Part shown: positions 9,501-20,738 of the stretch, piece after piece
Position numbering within the stretch: position 1 is the first letter of the stretch
Layout: each line of letters starts with the position of its first letter
Assembly: GCA_004764695.1 (NCBI GenBank)
Contig: SMSO01000035.1
Coordinates: forward strand, 3,608,040 to 3,672,039
Length of the DNA: 64,000 nt
Reading direction: 5' to 3'
Source: Schizochytrium sp. TIO01
Taxonomy: Eukaryota; Protista; Bigyra: Labyrinthulomycetes
Translations under genes and position numbers: made by a program
Notes under the pieces: model-generated
What the model was told of the DNA's origin: nothing
Database searches by the model: none
The model's input: only the letters and a program-made list of their open reading frames with translations

Positions 9501-10858
9501 CAAGTGTGATTGTCTATGTGCGTACAAAGAATGAGACTGAGCTTGTAGCTGAGAAACTTCGTTCCTACAATATCACAGCTCGTGCTTATCATGGTAGCAT
9601 GTCAGGTAACGATCGTTCGAATGTGCAATCGGGATTTATGAAAGGTACTTTTCGTGTCGTTGTTGCTACGGTTGCTTTTGGTATGGGCATTGATAAATCA
9701 AACATCCGAGGTGTAGTTCACATGGGCATGCCGCGTTCTATTGAAGATTACGTGCAGGAAGTTGGCCGTGCAGGTCGTGATGGTCAAGATGCAAGCTGTA
9801 TCTGTATGTACGATGAGGCTGATGCAATGCGACTGCATTCGCTTGCCCATGCAGAAGGTGTAGACGGCGAAGGTCCGTTGTACTCACTTTTACAGCTTCT
9901 AGCCTCCCAGCGGGTGCGAAAGCAAGTTCCCCTGCGTCTCGACGAACTTGCTCTCCAATTTGATATGAAGGAAGCGGTGCTCGAAACCTTAATTGTTTAT
10001 CTCTCACTGCCACCATTTCAGTTGCTTCAGTTGCTACCATCGGGATACGCCAGTTGCAAAGTAACTGTTTTACGTTCGCGTGACCCGAGTGGCAATGACT
10101 CTCTATTGCAGGCAGCACTTTCTCAAGCTGACGCTGAAGGCAAGTGTTCTCTAGCAGATGTGGCAGAGTCTCAAGGTATGAGTATTGCAGGTGTTATTCG
10201 AGGCCTAAGTTTACTGCAGGATCGCCGTGTTATCTCACTAACGTTTTCTGATCCAGCTTTATTTGTCCGCGCTAGAAACCCTGACGACGAGCGTTGGGAC
10301 AAGAACATTTCAACACTTGTATCAAATCTGTCTAGCAAAGCTGTTGACCTCGAATGTTTGCAGGTGGGCAAAATCGACCAGGCGTATGGTCTCTTCTCTC
10401 TTCTTGGTGCGAATAAAAAGGAGGAATTCCAAACCCATCTGCATACTTACTTTGGAGAAATAGGAGGTATGGAGTCTGGTTCTACATTTAACGAAGGGGA
10501 GGATGAGAAAGGAGTGTCTGTTAGCGAAAGCAGCAATAAAGATGGTCATGGATCTGATGATGATCGCAGTACTCAACTAGACATCATTCCATTTCAGTCA
10601 GTGTCTGAGGGCAAGCTACGTACGCTAATATTTTCTGATCTTAAAACTCTTATGCGTGACAACGCTTTTCAGGAACGTGTGGTCAGTGGTAGAGTTCTTG
10701 CCCGAATTTTGCATGGTATCTCAAGTCCATGCTACCCTTACGTGCGCTGGAAGTCTAATCCGTTTTGGGGTAAATGGAAATCGCACAGGTTTGATGAATT
10801 ACAGAACCTTGGTGATAAAATAATGCGTGAGATTCGTTTAGCTCAAGTCAAGCGGTGA
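6584..10858 (+). CDS. RECQL4: RecQ4-type ATP-dependent DNA helicase with Sld2-like N-terminus, zf-GRF and SAP domains
   Basis: 1424-aa ORF. N-terminal LKQWESRFETENGRQPTKADV resembles the RECQL4/Sld2 N-domain, followed by NNFVKLDLRK. Helicase motifs GTGSGKSLCYQLP, DEAHCISSWSHNFRP, TATAT, VATVAFGMGIDK, YVQEVGRAGRDG. RecQ4 C-terminal ARILHGISSPCYP..FW. Confidence 0.92.
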   Translation: MASQQEPLAKLEERLEKLGTRLKQWESRFETENGRQPTKADVETRVRIKEGYERYGVLRKQVKEIRRRQQFSREKAEAEGTLYSPNKRGAHIVENAVAASPELKRKRNGKPRTREIPGTPEQPFILKRRRFAIAASPLVGQSFRRTSTSGSGPCSTPERRNVLDDDAAIETPERRYESSTRDEIGASPIVSESAKLGVGLRSTDCNALRPGVSRVPGVGILPRHPGDAIRGISSRPLQRTSQGARVLAGAALGVTRMKRMQKSTTEVGIAPDATSSRRAALLASPTVASPLKDSSNIHSPGPRCGSPYASPISHSSSDASGIVSDVKIKPVDVKKNLFGGTPDSLNSNTTQQVAQILRGGRRSSLRDKENAATMDTLHSRVTSGVVIPASPEAPRRTPPGLASVTTSETENPSVGDPIQNEKDLDATAPVAPAVPPRRRELNNNFVKLDLRKNNWRDKKKGGSGRIKAQKEMFDMARGSFAAPSEATEHGAPSSISSQYRKTAQRRDALDEIVDHLVQDKSTSADNDQASVSTKSTSASGLLTSALFGPSPATLNAPLCTGHQLPAVLMTTKKAGKNRGRQFYACSVGRDGGAQSWRSRGGPGGFGGHNNGGCKFFMWADDQPDKVAEELAKPTSEALFEEECLSAARARYMEMSVVQLKEALKHRGESVAGKKEQLVDRLIVQAASEFDRKDAHAHIFQEMDPVKGPAREDLVKVLQEVFGFDSFRGDQLWAIKRIMQGESTLLVQGTGSGKSLCYQLPALLLPGLTLVISPLVALMEDQMRSLPLSIPGAMLSHQQTGREMARTIKLVQERRIKVLFLSPERLFSSSFQRMLRTPNLLPEISLVCVDEAHCISSWSHNFRPAFLRLRELLASGTNKQSTPVAAQEHNDLALLQPRCVLGLTATATAKVANDICTVLGVDPKQGLKCGTWLRKNLNLSAELIQGEGESRFKRLLALLEDENSDLPHKLGKPASVIVYVRTKNETELVAEKLRSYNITARAYHGSMSGNDRSNVQSGFMKGTFRVVVATVAFGMGIDKSNIRGVVHMGMPRSIEDYVQEVGRAGRDGQDASCICMYDEADAMRLHSLAHAEGVDGEGPLYSLLQLLASQRVRKQVPLRLDELALQFDMKEAVLETLIVYLSLPPFQLLQLLPSGYASCKVTVLRSRDPSGNDSLLQAALSQADAEGKCSLADVAESQGMSIAGVIRGLSLLQDRRVISLTFSDPALFVRARNPDDERWDKNISTLVSNLSSKAVDLECLQVGKIDQAYGLFSLLGANKKEEFQTHLHTYFGEIGGMESGSTFNEGEDEKGVSVSESSNKDGHGSDDDRSTQLDIIPFQSVSEGKLRTLIFSDLKTLMRDNAFQERVVSGRVLARILHGISSPCYPYVRWKSNPFWGKWKSHRFDELQNLGDKIMREIRLAQVKR

Positions 10859-12154
10859 GGCGTTGGAGATAGGCAATAGATGTATACCTGATATTTTCAA
10901 GGAATGTCGTCACCCAAAGTATATAACGTAGCGGCAGACTGACGTTATAACAGCTCCTTTTAGTGGAAAATATTTAACGCGTCATTCTGCACTTCGACTC
11001 CTATATTTCTATTATTGCTATGGGTTGTGCCAAGACCACTCTTCCTGAGAGAAGTGTACCCAGGCATTAGGGTCTCACAGCGTAAGGCAGAGCATCTTTT
11101 ATTGTGAATGCTGAAGAGTAAAGTATGCCTATGCTGTCAATTAACCTATAGCTGCAATAGCTACGATCAGTGCCGATCATTATTCTCAGTTACAGAATAG
11201 TCATGCTAAGACCTAATTACCTTCTAGGGGCTAACTACAAGAACTCTGAGCATGGGCAGTTTAGACCTCAACACCTCAATTATGTAAACAGAAATAAAGA
11301 AATAGCACCTAGGTAGAAGTATGTTAAACAAATGGGTTTTACAGCCTTAGTCATTAAACACACAAGCATCGTTATCCCCTTTTTCGTCTTCTTCTTCTGA
11401 GCACTAAAGGCTCTGCAGCAATAGATTGTTTGAAAAAATATCAAATATATTAGAGAGGAGCGATTTGGAGCAAGCAAATCTCAACACCACCTTGATTCGA
11501 ATAAAAAGCCTTCGTTCTAAATCCAATGATAGCAAGTAGTCTGTGCAAAGAGTGAAAGCATCAAAGAGCCTTCAGAATTAACGCCTTGCTAGTAAGTATC
11601 AGGCCCGTAGTACGAAAAGGAACAATAACATAAGTACTAGCATCAGCTTGGGCAATGGAGTTGTTTTTCGCTGATATCTCTAATTATGATGTGAGTGAAT
11701 AGTTTTATGAGCACAAGAAGCCCTAACAGACTGCTTTACCAAAAAATCATGAATACTTTGTAAATTTGTTTAGAACACTGTGCAAGGGAAAAGAACAGAT
11801 TAATTGCCGAGTTTGCTTAGAGGAAGCTTCCCTTTTTCATGCAGATCAAATAATGAAGATGGTCAGTTTCTTGATCCCTTTGTGAAACATCCCATAGTTT
11901 TTAAGACGCAGAGAAAGAGCTGCGCAAGTCTGTCTGCTAGATTAAGAGGAAGAAATAGTGCTTGGCAGATGTAAGTGTTGCATTGCACGAGCATAGGTAG
12001 GTTACGCCCCTTTGGGGTAAGCACTTAAATTGCAGATGTAGATGCAGAATATGCGTGGCTTATACGTCGAATTTGATGTGCAAAATTGCGTGAACAAGAG
12101 CGTGCGATAGCGTTGTTGTGATGTTTATCGTTTGTGTTTGTTCCTACTGTCATT

Positions 12155-13339
12155 TCAGTCCGTCTTAATGCCCAAATTGGCGGCCTGAGCACGAAGTCTT
12201 CTATTTTCTTCCTGGAGAACTTTGTAAGTTTGATCAAGTTCTCGAATGCGCTGCAGAGATGCATTGAGCACGGTTGACTTTTCCATTTTAACCGCTTCAG
12301 GCATTTTCAAGAGCTTAAATAAATCTGTAAAGCCTTGAGAGACTTGCAAGCGGCGGCGGCGTTCCCGCTCATTCTTCTTCTCCTTTGCAGACGAGGGGTC
12401 ACCTGAGCCATCGTCAAGCAAAGAATCTGAGCTGTGCATGGGGGCGCTTGTCCGACTGCCTAAGTACTTAGCTCTATCCATGCCAGAGTTGAGAGGTGCG
12501 ATCGGCTGATACATGTGAGGGTGCTGCGCTTGTTGTCGAGCTTGCTGTTGAAGCCACGTTTGGCGATGGTTTTGTAGGTGTACCTGAGCGGCGCCCATTT
12601 GCATTGAGCGTGGCTGTGCGTGCTGAGACGGACCGGGTTGCATGTGTGACTGTTGTGGATGAGATTGGGATTGGGGCTGGGGCTGAGGTTGAGGGGCAGT
12701 GTGCATGTGCCCTTGTTGCAACTGCTGCTGTTGTGGGGCAGGTGACGGCTGGCGTTGAGGCAGAGCTGGTGAGGGCGGCTTATTTGGTTGCATTTGCTGA
12801 AATGAGGACTTACGACGGAAACTATCAGTACTTGCTTTTCGGGTGAGCGCATTGGGTTCGTGAGAGCTAGGCGGAGCTCCGTTATCATTCATCCCAGGAG
12901 GAGGAAACGCTACCTCTGAGTTCCCCCCTACAAAGTCATCAAAAACGCTCGGATCAATCATGTCATTGAACCCGTCTTCAAAATCGTCTCCAAGGAGATC
13001 CATTCCGCTCATACTGAGCGAGTTCATATTCACCTGCAAACTATTTTTGCGCAGCGTAGACTTCAAATTCATATAGCTAGATTTTCGCTCGCTGGCGCTG
13101 GCACTTTTGCTTTGCAAGTTAGCAAAGTCAGGGTCCAGGGAGGTATCGCGTTGCAGAACCATCTGCTTTAGCGTAGCTTTTTCGTCATTGCTTAAGAGAC
13201 CGTTTTGATGCATCTCGGACGCTGTCCTTAGCTTTCGGCTAATATCATGTCCGGAGCCATTATGCGCATCCCCCACACCACTAAATAAGTTGTCCCCATC
13301 GAGCTCTTCGCTCCATGGCAAGTCATCTAGGTCGCCCAT
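12155..13339 (-). CDS. bHLH-leucine zipper transcription factor
   Basis: 394-aa ORF with C-terminal KKNERERRRRLQVSQGFTDLFKLL..MEKSTVLNASLQRIREL..LQEENRRL (basic-HLH-ZIP) and a Q/P-rich middle region. Confidence 0.88.
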   Translation of the reverse strand: MGDLDDLPWSEELDGDNLFSGVGDAHNGSGHDISRKLRTASEMHQNGLLSNDEKATLKQMVLQRDTSLDPDFANLQSKSASASERKSSYMNLKSTLRKNSLQVNMNSLSMSGMDLLGDDFEDGFNDMIDPSVFDDFVGGNSEVAFPPPGMNDNGAPPSSHEPNALTRKASTDSFRRKSSFQQMQPNKPPSPALPQRQPSPAPQQQQLQQGHMHTAPQPQPQPQSQSHPQQSHMQPGPSQHAQPRSMQMGAAQVHLQNHRQTWLQQQARQQAQHPHMYQPIAPLNSGMDRAKYLGSRTSAPMHSSDSLLDDGSGDPSSAKEKKNERERRRRLQVSQGFTDLFKLLKMPEAVKMEKSTVLNASLQRIRELDQTYKVLQEENRRLRAQAANLGIKTD

Positions 13340-14417
13340 GTTGCGCTAGCTAGCTTCGATATTAAGAAAAGATTCAGCCTTGATCTCTCGAGTTGAAGTT
13401 CACGACTTCGAATGTCTCCGGACTCTAAACGTATATTTATCGTTTCTGACTTAGCTAGTCCTTTTCGCTGGCCTTAAAAGAGGCAGTTGAATACTATTCT
13501 CTACAACTCGTGTAGGAGCCCAAACAAAGCAACGGCGACGGCTATGTGTACGAACCAATGTTTATGAATGAATGTTTGCAAGTATTTGTACGTGTTAGGC
13601 CCACACCGATGGCTGAAGGACTCAAGCAGATTTTCCTCAAGAAGGACCGGCCTCCGATTTCTTGTGAAAATGGTTTACGCAGACCTCTGCTGCTGCTGCT
13701 ATTTCAGTTGTTACAGAAAATCCACGACCACTTTTAGACACAAACAAAGTCCCAAGACCAGAACTTTCTAGGGAAAGTGCACCAGCAGGTTCTGGTAATG
13801 TCTACCGAGTATAGAAGGGTGATTCAGAAAGAGGCGCCCTGCTTGATCTTCTGTTCTGTTGTTCACGCTGCGGTCGTCAATATTACACAACTAGTTCTTA
13901 CTTCCTCTGTTTTTCTCTTTCCCAGCCAATGTCAAATCTGCCGGTGCTAGTCCTCCTCACGCCGCTTGGTGACGAGAGGTGAGACTAGATTCCTGGGCCT
14001 CTGCCTCACCTTCGCGTCCTGGACGATCTAGTTGAGCAGGCGTGGCCTCGCTGTGCTGTCAGGGCGCCTGGCGATGAGCGAGGCTTCGGATAATGATGTA
14101 GAAGTCCTGACTCCAGCTTGGGCAGAGCTCCTTGTATTTTATTACCACTCCGTACTAAATTCTGCTTCTCTTGCAACTCCTAATGTCCTAAAGTGTTTAC
14201 GGTATTCACCCCTACCTAATACTGAGCGAGTGAATATATATGCTACCCTTACCTTTTTAACTAATTAACTTTCTACCAAAGTGTACAAAAGAAGGTTAAT
14301 AAAATACAACACACTCTGCTACAAAGGTCCTACAGATAAACATAGCTAACCCTTCGAAGAATGGGATATCGATAGTAGTTACTACTGGTATCCGTAGCAC
14401 TGGCTAGTAGTTAGTTT

Positions 14418-14469
14418 CTCTTCTTTCTTTCTTTCTCTCTTTCTTTCTCTCTTTCTTTCTCTCTTTCTT
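14418..14469. repeat. Pyrimidine (CTTT/CTCT)n microsatellite
   Basis: Directly visible. Confidence 0.85.
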
Positions 14470-14832
14470 ATTAATCAAAAAACACGATCAATATCTTCAC
14501 TCGAGTTGAGCTTTTTATTTTCATCTAAGAAAATCATGAAAATGAGCAAGATACAAAATCCGGGTCAAGACGAAGCTTGCACAAGCTTCTTGGTCCTGGC
14601 TATCAGAGCTAGCTGCCATAGGCACCTGCTCCCTACCCTAGTTAGAAGCTTTGCAAACAGCGAACGTCGGTTGATCGATGGATTGCCTCGGTGGTCGCAT
14701 TCGCCGCGTCGCTTCTATTACAATTTGATGCCATCTTGACAAGGTAACCTTTCTTGTGGATTATATACCTAAATACCTGCCTGAGTTAGCTAACTAACTA
14801 CCTACTAACTACATACTGGATAATTATTTATT

Positions 14833-15038
<206 letters not shown>

Positions 15039-16719
15039 TTATTTATGTGCGTGGCTCTGATCCTGAGAGCCTCTTGGAGATGTAGATTTGTGCAGCTGAT
15101 ATGGACGAGGGCCTCCTTAGGTCCATGGGCCAAGTGCTGCAATATCGCCATCATGGAAGGTAGCCTGATTAATCGTAGTTTGATCTAGGAATGAGCACTC
15201 TACTTGAAGTCTTCTCTTGCTTCGTCGTTTCCCCTTATCCTTTCCTGGAAGCTACAATCATCTTTCAAGTGCCCATCAAACTTACTTAGTAGGTACCACA
15301 GAGATTAGCAGGTGTTGGTAATCTCTTCAAAGCTGAGGTCTAACTCTCATTGAGGGAAACAAGAGGATCAAATAAAGCACTACAAAAGGAAGAGTCTCGA
15401 GATGATAACCCGTTGAAGAGGTTCAGCTACCCGTGTGGCGCCTCTAGACAGAGGTAACCAGTTCAACCTTTCAGTTTGGGGAAAACTCAAGCCAAACTAA
15501 ATACTTAAGCACTGATTGGTTCTTACTAAATTTGGCATAACCTGCCTACTTTTTATTTGGTCTACTACGTAAGTAGCCACCAAGATGCTTTGGCCTTTGC
15601 CAAGTGAAGGGAATGGTAGGACTCGTGAGAATGCTTGAGATTATAATCTGTGTATTGTTAGGGCTAGTGGCGGAGATGTAAAACCATCTTCAGTAAACTG
15701 AAAAGATGTAACTCCTCGAGCAAAGCTGATCTCCATAACTACAGTGAGGATACCTAGACTAACTTGATACAAGGAATGGCTTAAGTTAACTAATCCGACG
15801 ATGCTTGGTATCATTATGGTTATTTGTCTATCTAGTATTAAGCTTTCCCGGATATATAACAGTAGCATTGATCAGGTGCATGCTAGATTTTCAACTTGGG
15901 TATTTACATGACCGCATGGTCTGTACCTGAGATTACCAAGTTTCTGGAAGAAGGGGTTTTGGCCTAAACTCAAGAGATAGGATTATTCAGATTGCAAGCG
16001 CCCGGTGCTTTAAAACGGCAGTTTGCAGTAAATTCTCTAGCACGCAGCACATCTGCCACCAGAAGGAAGACAATCGCAATGCTGTAGCTTTGTGCCATCG
16101 AGAGAGGAGAAAACGTTACAGGAGCGATTCAGGGAAAGCCATACACCAATGTATGAAATTTCGGCAATATACAAAAGTTTAAGGTTTTTTTCAATTATGA
16201 GGAGAGAAGTTAAAGGAGTGGGAGGAAATAATAATGCCGCTGATTGGCGCAGGTGAATTCTGTAAAGCAATTTGACCAATGCACTGGATATGTGACGAAC
16301 TTCACAATTGGGGAAGGGGGACTTTATAGAAATGCAGAAATTTTAGACGAGCAGTAAGGCATTTCCTCCCTGATGTGAAGTTAATATTGCAAGTAGTTCC
16401 ATTGCATTTGCTCGAAGAATTAAGAGGTGTAGGCGACGGCACGGTACTGTGGTCTGCCCAATATAGACTAAGTATGCCTTTGTGTGGGGGGTAGGGATGG
16501 AGATGGAGAGGGAAACATAATACTACACTTGTTCGGTGATTATGTTTGCAGCGGGTCTTCTACCCTGTTGCACGAAAAGGTATATGTTGTTGTTTTCTTT
16601 TTGTTTTCTGGGACTATTTCTAGTCTATGCGTTTATATATTTGTGTGCGAAAATTATGCATGTGGAACTAAAATATGCAATACTGGAACTTTTCGAAAAA
16701 CATTGTTCTCCGAAATCAT

Positions 16720-17703
16720 TTACTTACCAGTCTTGATGTGGACGGCCTGTGCGGCGGATGCTGATGTGGAGGACGTGGATGTTTGCGCCGGTTTCTTCGC
16801 AGAACACGCCCTCATGTGAATGCGGCGGTCCTTTGCATTGCTGAACCTCTTGCTACAGAACTTGCAAGCAAATGGGTGCATATCCTCAAAGGTAGCAGTC
16901 TTCTTAGCCTTCGAGGACTCGGCGCCATCTCCAAGCTTGCGCTTCATGCCAGGTCCAATCGCACTCGCTGCCCCAGACCTGGTTGCCTCTCCCGCCTTGT
17001 GCACCTCCCTGAGTGCCAAAATAAGGCACGCCGCCGTGATTGCATCTCTTTGCTGAACCTGTTCTAGTGCATCTCTGTATGCTGCGAAATACCCTTGTGC
17101 GGTCTGCACAACCTTATCATGCAAATGAAGCGACGCACCAACATCCTCAATCAGCATGAAGACTTTCTTCTTCTGCTGGTCCTTGTAACCAATTCTGGTC
17201 CTCTGCAAATCCGAGCTAGTAGCCGTGATGTTACTTAGGTCCATCTCAATCCTATCCTGAAACGTCTTCAAGTCCGTGAGGTCCTTCTTAGACATCTTGG
17301 AGCCCGCTCCCTTGCCACTGCCTCCTGTGATGTGAGTTCTCAAATTGTGGCCGCTCGAAAAGCGTGGGTCTGGAGCTGGTCCATGCTGGCTCGGATTGTC
17401 ATCTCCAGAGAACTGTCGTTTCCATTCACCATCATGAACTCTGCGATCTTCAACGACCACTCCACAGCGGCGGCATGTGACCTGGCCGTGTTTATAATCC
17501 TCGAGAAAGAGGCCCTGGTCAGTGTTGCGGCAGTTTGGGCAGCGATAGTTCGTTGTGAGCAGGTTGGCAGCATCAGCGACCTTGCTACGCTTCCGCACAG
17601 CCTCATCATGCTTGTCACGGACGGACGACATCAGGGCCTCCACGCCGGCCAGCGTCTTCTCTGGACATAGCTGCTGTACTACCTGCTCCTCGAGTGTGTC
17701 CAT
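16720..17703 (-). CDS. TFIIB-like protein: Zn ribbon, B-reader-like segment, single cyclin repeat, C-terminal C2HC zinc finger
   Basis: ATG at 17703 in context gccATGg (ORF track starts at a TTG). YRCPNC..EDYKHGQVTCRRCGVVVEDRRVHDGEWKRQF is a TFIIB Zn ribbon plus B-reader. IEDVGASLHL..AACLILALRE is a cyclin fold. FACKFCSKRFSNAKDRRIHMRAC is a C2HC finger. Confidence 0.8.
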   Translation of the reverse strand: MDTLEEQVVQQLCPEKTLAGVEALMSSVRDKHDEAVRKRSKVADAANLLTTNYRCPNCRNTDQGLFLEDYKHGQVTCRRCGVVVEDRRVHDGEWKRQFSGDDNPSQHGPAPDPRFSSGHNLRTHITGGSGKGAGSKMSKKDLTDLKTFQDRIEMDLSNITATSSDLQRTRIGYKDQQKKKVFMLIEDVGASLHLHDKVVQTAQGYFAAYRDALEQVQQRDAITAACLILALREVHKAGEATRSGAASAIGPGMKRKLGDGAESSKAKKTATFEDMHPFACKFCSKRFSNAKDRRIHMRACSAKKPAQTSTSSTSASAAQAVHIKTGK

Positions 17704-18719
17704 GGCGTGAGACGAGGCTTCTTTGACGACTTTCTCGAGAAAATTGAAGCTGACCAAGGAAGAACACGAAGCGCGCAGGAGGAAGTAGAAGAAAGCAACG
17801 CTACAGGAGGCCGTGGAGGCTCTGCCGTTCGATCTCCTGCGGAGACGAAGGAGCGGAAGATCGACTTGAGGGACTCCGGTCGATGATCAATTGAGTGACT
17901 CTGGAGAAAAATTATATCATTACTAGGTACAATATCAATACTTTTCTAATCACTTGGAAAGAAAATATACTATAGAGTATTTCACTGCTTCAAGTGAACT
18001 ATAGCTAATTCTCCACTTGGCCAATTCATCCTTCTCGTCCCCCCTACGCTGCAATAGAGCATACATAGGTACATACATACCTACAGATATATAAAGCGGA
18101 GCAAAGTGGAATAACCTATTAGTACGGAAAATTGTAAATAGAGAAAACCCGAATAATCCACTTTTGCAGAGTGGCCCAAACAAAAAAAAGCAAAATAAGG
18201 CTCTCTTCACGTCACTCTACTTCATGAAGTGCTTTCATCAGCAGCTTTGTCTTATGCTATTTAATCCTCACCATGAACAAACAACCTTCCCATAGAATCT
18301 CCCCAACCATGGCTGAGAACATGAAGATTCAGTATGCCTAATGAACGTTCGAGAGCCTGCATTTATCTTGAATCTTGGGCACCACGGGAGCAAGAAAAGG
18401 GCGAAATTCACTTCGAGAACATGAGGAACTTTAGGAATTTTAAGAACTTTAGGTACTACAGGAACCTATGGATCAGTTTTTTTGAGAACTTTGAAGACTG
18501 ATCTTAATCTTGTCGCTCCTGTGGGATTGCGGGATTGGGATCGAGTTCGCAGCTGCCAGAACATAGCAAATTACGAACTTGTTTCGCGCCACTGGGAAGT
18601 ACTTGAGTCGCGTGAGGCCGAAGCTCTGTTGATACCTTGGGCAAGTAAGCTCCAATACGAAAAGGAGTATAGCTTTGGAGGCTAGGCGTGGTTTTGTCCT
18701 TCGTCACGCCCAATTCAGG

Positions 18720-19515
18720 ATGCGACGTGGCGCTGCTATTGCGCTGGCTGTAGCGGTGCTTCTCGTTGTTGTGGCCTACGTTGATGCGAAGCTTCACGGT
18801 TATCGACGAAAACACAAACGATCGGACTCATATGATCATCGAAGTGGAGGCAATGAAGAAGACCAGAATCGACACGGTAATGAGGAAGATGAGCAAGACT
18901 CCAGGTCGTCGTCGGGAGGCATGCCAATGTACTCCCCAAACTGTCTACGCCCATCGAGGTAAGTATCCGCTGCTCGTATCCTTTGCTAAAGTTATGTAAA
19001 GACTCCCTCCTTGCTTGCAGGAAAGCGGGCCTATGATAAAGAGACTCCTCCTGATTAAACAGCCTCATAACCAGATGATGACTGACGAATTCTGATGTTA
19101 AAACTGTGATTAACAATGACATCAACACCACAGTGGCGGGAAGTTTCCCAAGTGCGACCCAAGGGGACGAGGAAGGCCTTGCTGCATAGGCCTCACGTGC
19201 GAAGCAAATCCTAATGATCCTTCAGAGTATCGGTGCGGAAACAGTATGGAGAACGATGTCGGATCAGGGAATACTAAGGAAAAGGGTGGAGGATATGACT
19301 ACCAGCACCTCTGGGGGCCCCATATGAGATTTATGGTAATGCCTAACGATGTCAACGAAGGCGATAGCTCCCCATCTCGAGTGATCTTGCCCGACCGTGG
19401 GGGGGTCTTTGCTCAGGCCTTGCATTCTTTTATTTACTCCTCAGTTCTTTTGATTGCAGGTGGCACCGTGATTGCTGTTGTGCGCCATAGATGGTCTTTG
19501 GGATTTTTCTACTAA
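18720..19515 (+). CDS. Predicted two-exon secreted/type-I membrane protein with 6-Cys knottin-like module (exons 18720-18958, 19134-19515; 206 aa)
   Basis: Signal peptide MRRGAAIALAVAVLLVVVAYVDA. Donor AG|GTAAGT at 18959 and acceptor CACAG| at 19133 join in phase, giving C-x11-C-x8-CC-x4-C-x11-C and a C-terminal hydrophobic helix (FIYSSVLLIAGGTVIAVV). The splice model is inferred. Confidence 0.68.
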
Positions 19516-20151
19516 CTTTCGTTACTCTGGGTTTTCTTAAACTTTACCACGTCTCGCCACTCCTCCGCGCTGTCAATCGCTATGAAAGATGTAATAGTAT
19601 ATTCCGGAACGCCGCTGCTGCCGCGTTACAACATACCACTTTAGAGCTATGTAGCACTCTATATGCAGCCTGATTTATGATTTAAAGATTTAATGTTCAT
19701 GTTCCCTGTACCTTATTAATGCAAATCTCACCTTTAAATGGAATTAGAAATGGGACGAGACATGAGATTATGGCTCTTCTTTTTTTAATTATCATATAAT
19801 AGTTCAGAGTGGGTACCTGGAAGGAAAGTTTAATGTTTTATTTCTGTGCAAACGCAGCTGGAAGCTTGTATAATTCGCAAAACCTGTGTAAGATGATTTA
19901 CCTTTTACGAAACGAAATAGAATTTACATAATAATTATAGTAGTAAATTAATTCGAGTATGCAGCATAAAGTTTTCAGAAAGATATAGAATTGAATTTAC
20001 ACTTACTAGTTTGAATGCTGAAAAGATTGCTACAAATACTCTCTCCGGCACTCCGATTCTTCTTTTCGAGTTATTTCTGCGCATTTAATATGCATTCGCT
20101 TTCCCCCTCCTTTCTCTTTTGAGTAGTTTTTGTTTTATCAAAAGTAAAACA

Positions 20152-20211
<60 letters not shown>
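20152..20211. repeat. (AAT)~20 microsatellite
   Basis: Directly visible. Confidence 0.97.
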
Positions 20212-20212
<1 letters not shown>

Positions 20213-20738
20213 TAAAGCAAATTTAACGAACAAATCAATAAATGACACATCCCAACTCTGCGGGGTCGAAAGAATGAAACGACCATAATCAATGGTAAAC
20301 ATACAGGTTTGCCCATATGTCCCTTCGCTTCACTTTTGCACAACACCACATCAACATCAGACACAGGAACGGTATCGTCATATAATACCACGAATCTATG
20401 GCGATTTAGCAAATAGGGAGGTTTTGCGGTGTTACTTTCTTTTTGTTTAGAAGGGAGCTAGACAATGTTGGGACAATTATGTGTGCACCCTCCCAACTTA
20501 ACTAGGCTGATCACAAAGCTTATACATTTGTATATTTGCTCCAGTCTTCATATAGCTTTCGAAAAGTTTTGAGCCATTGTTTGTCCTGCCCAGCCTTTGT
20601 TCAAATCGTTTTGCAGAGACAAAGACAGAATTCGGTGGGCCCATACCAGTTCTTTCACCAGAAGGTGGCATACTACTTGAAGGAGCGACCTCGGACTCGC
20701 TGCACTCTCTGAAGACAGATCGGTTACGCTGAAGCGTT

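Noticed and set aside
18959-19020. Alternative short intron (acceptor TTGCAG at 19020) for the knottin-like gene
   Set aside because: It gives a stop after five codons and leaves a lone Cys, whereas the 19133 acceptor restores a six-Cys motif and TM helix. Not excluded as a minor isoform.
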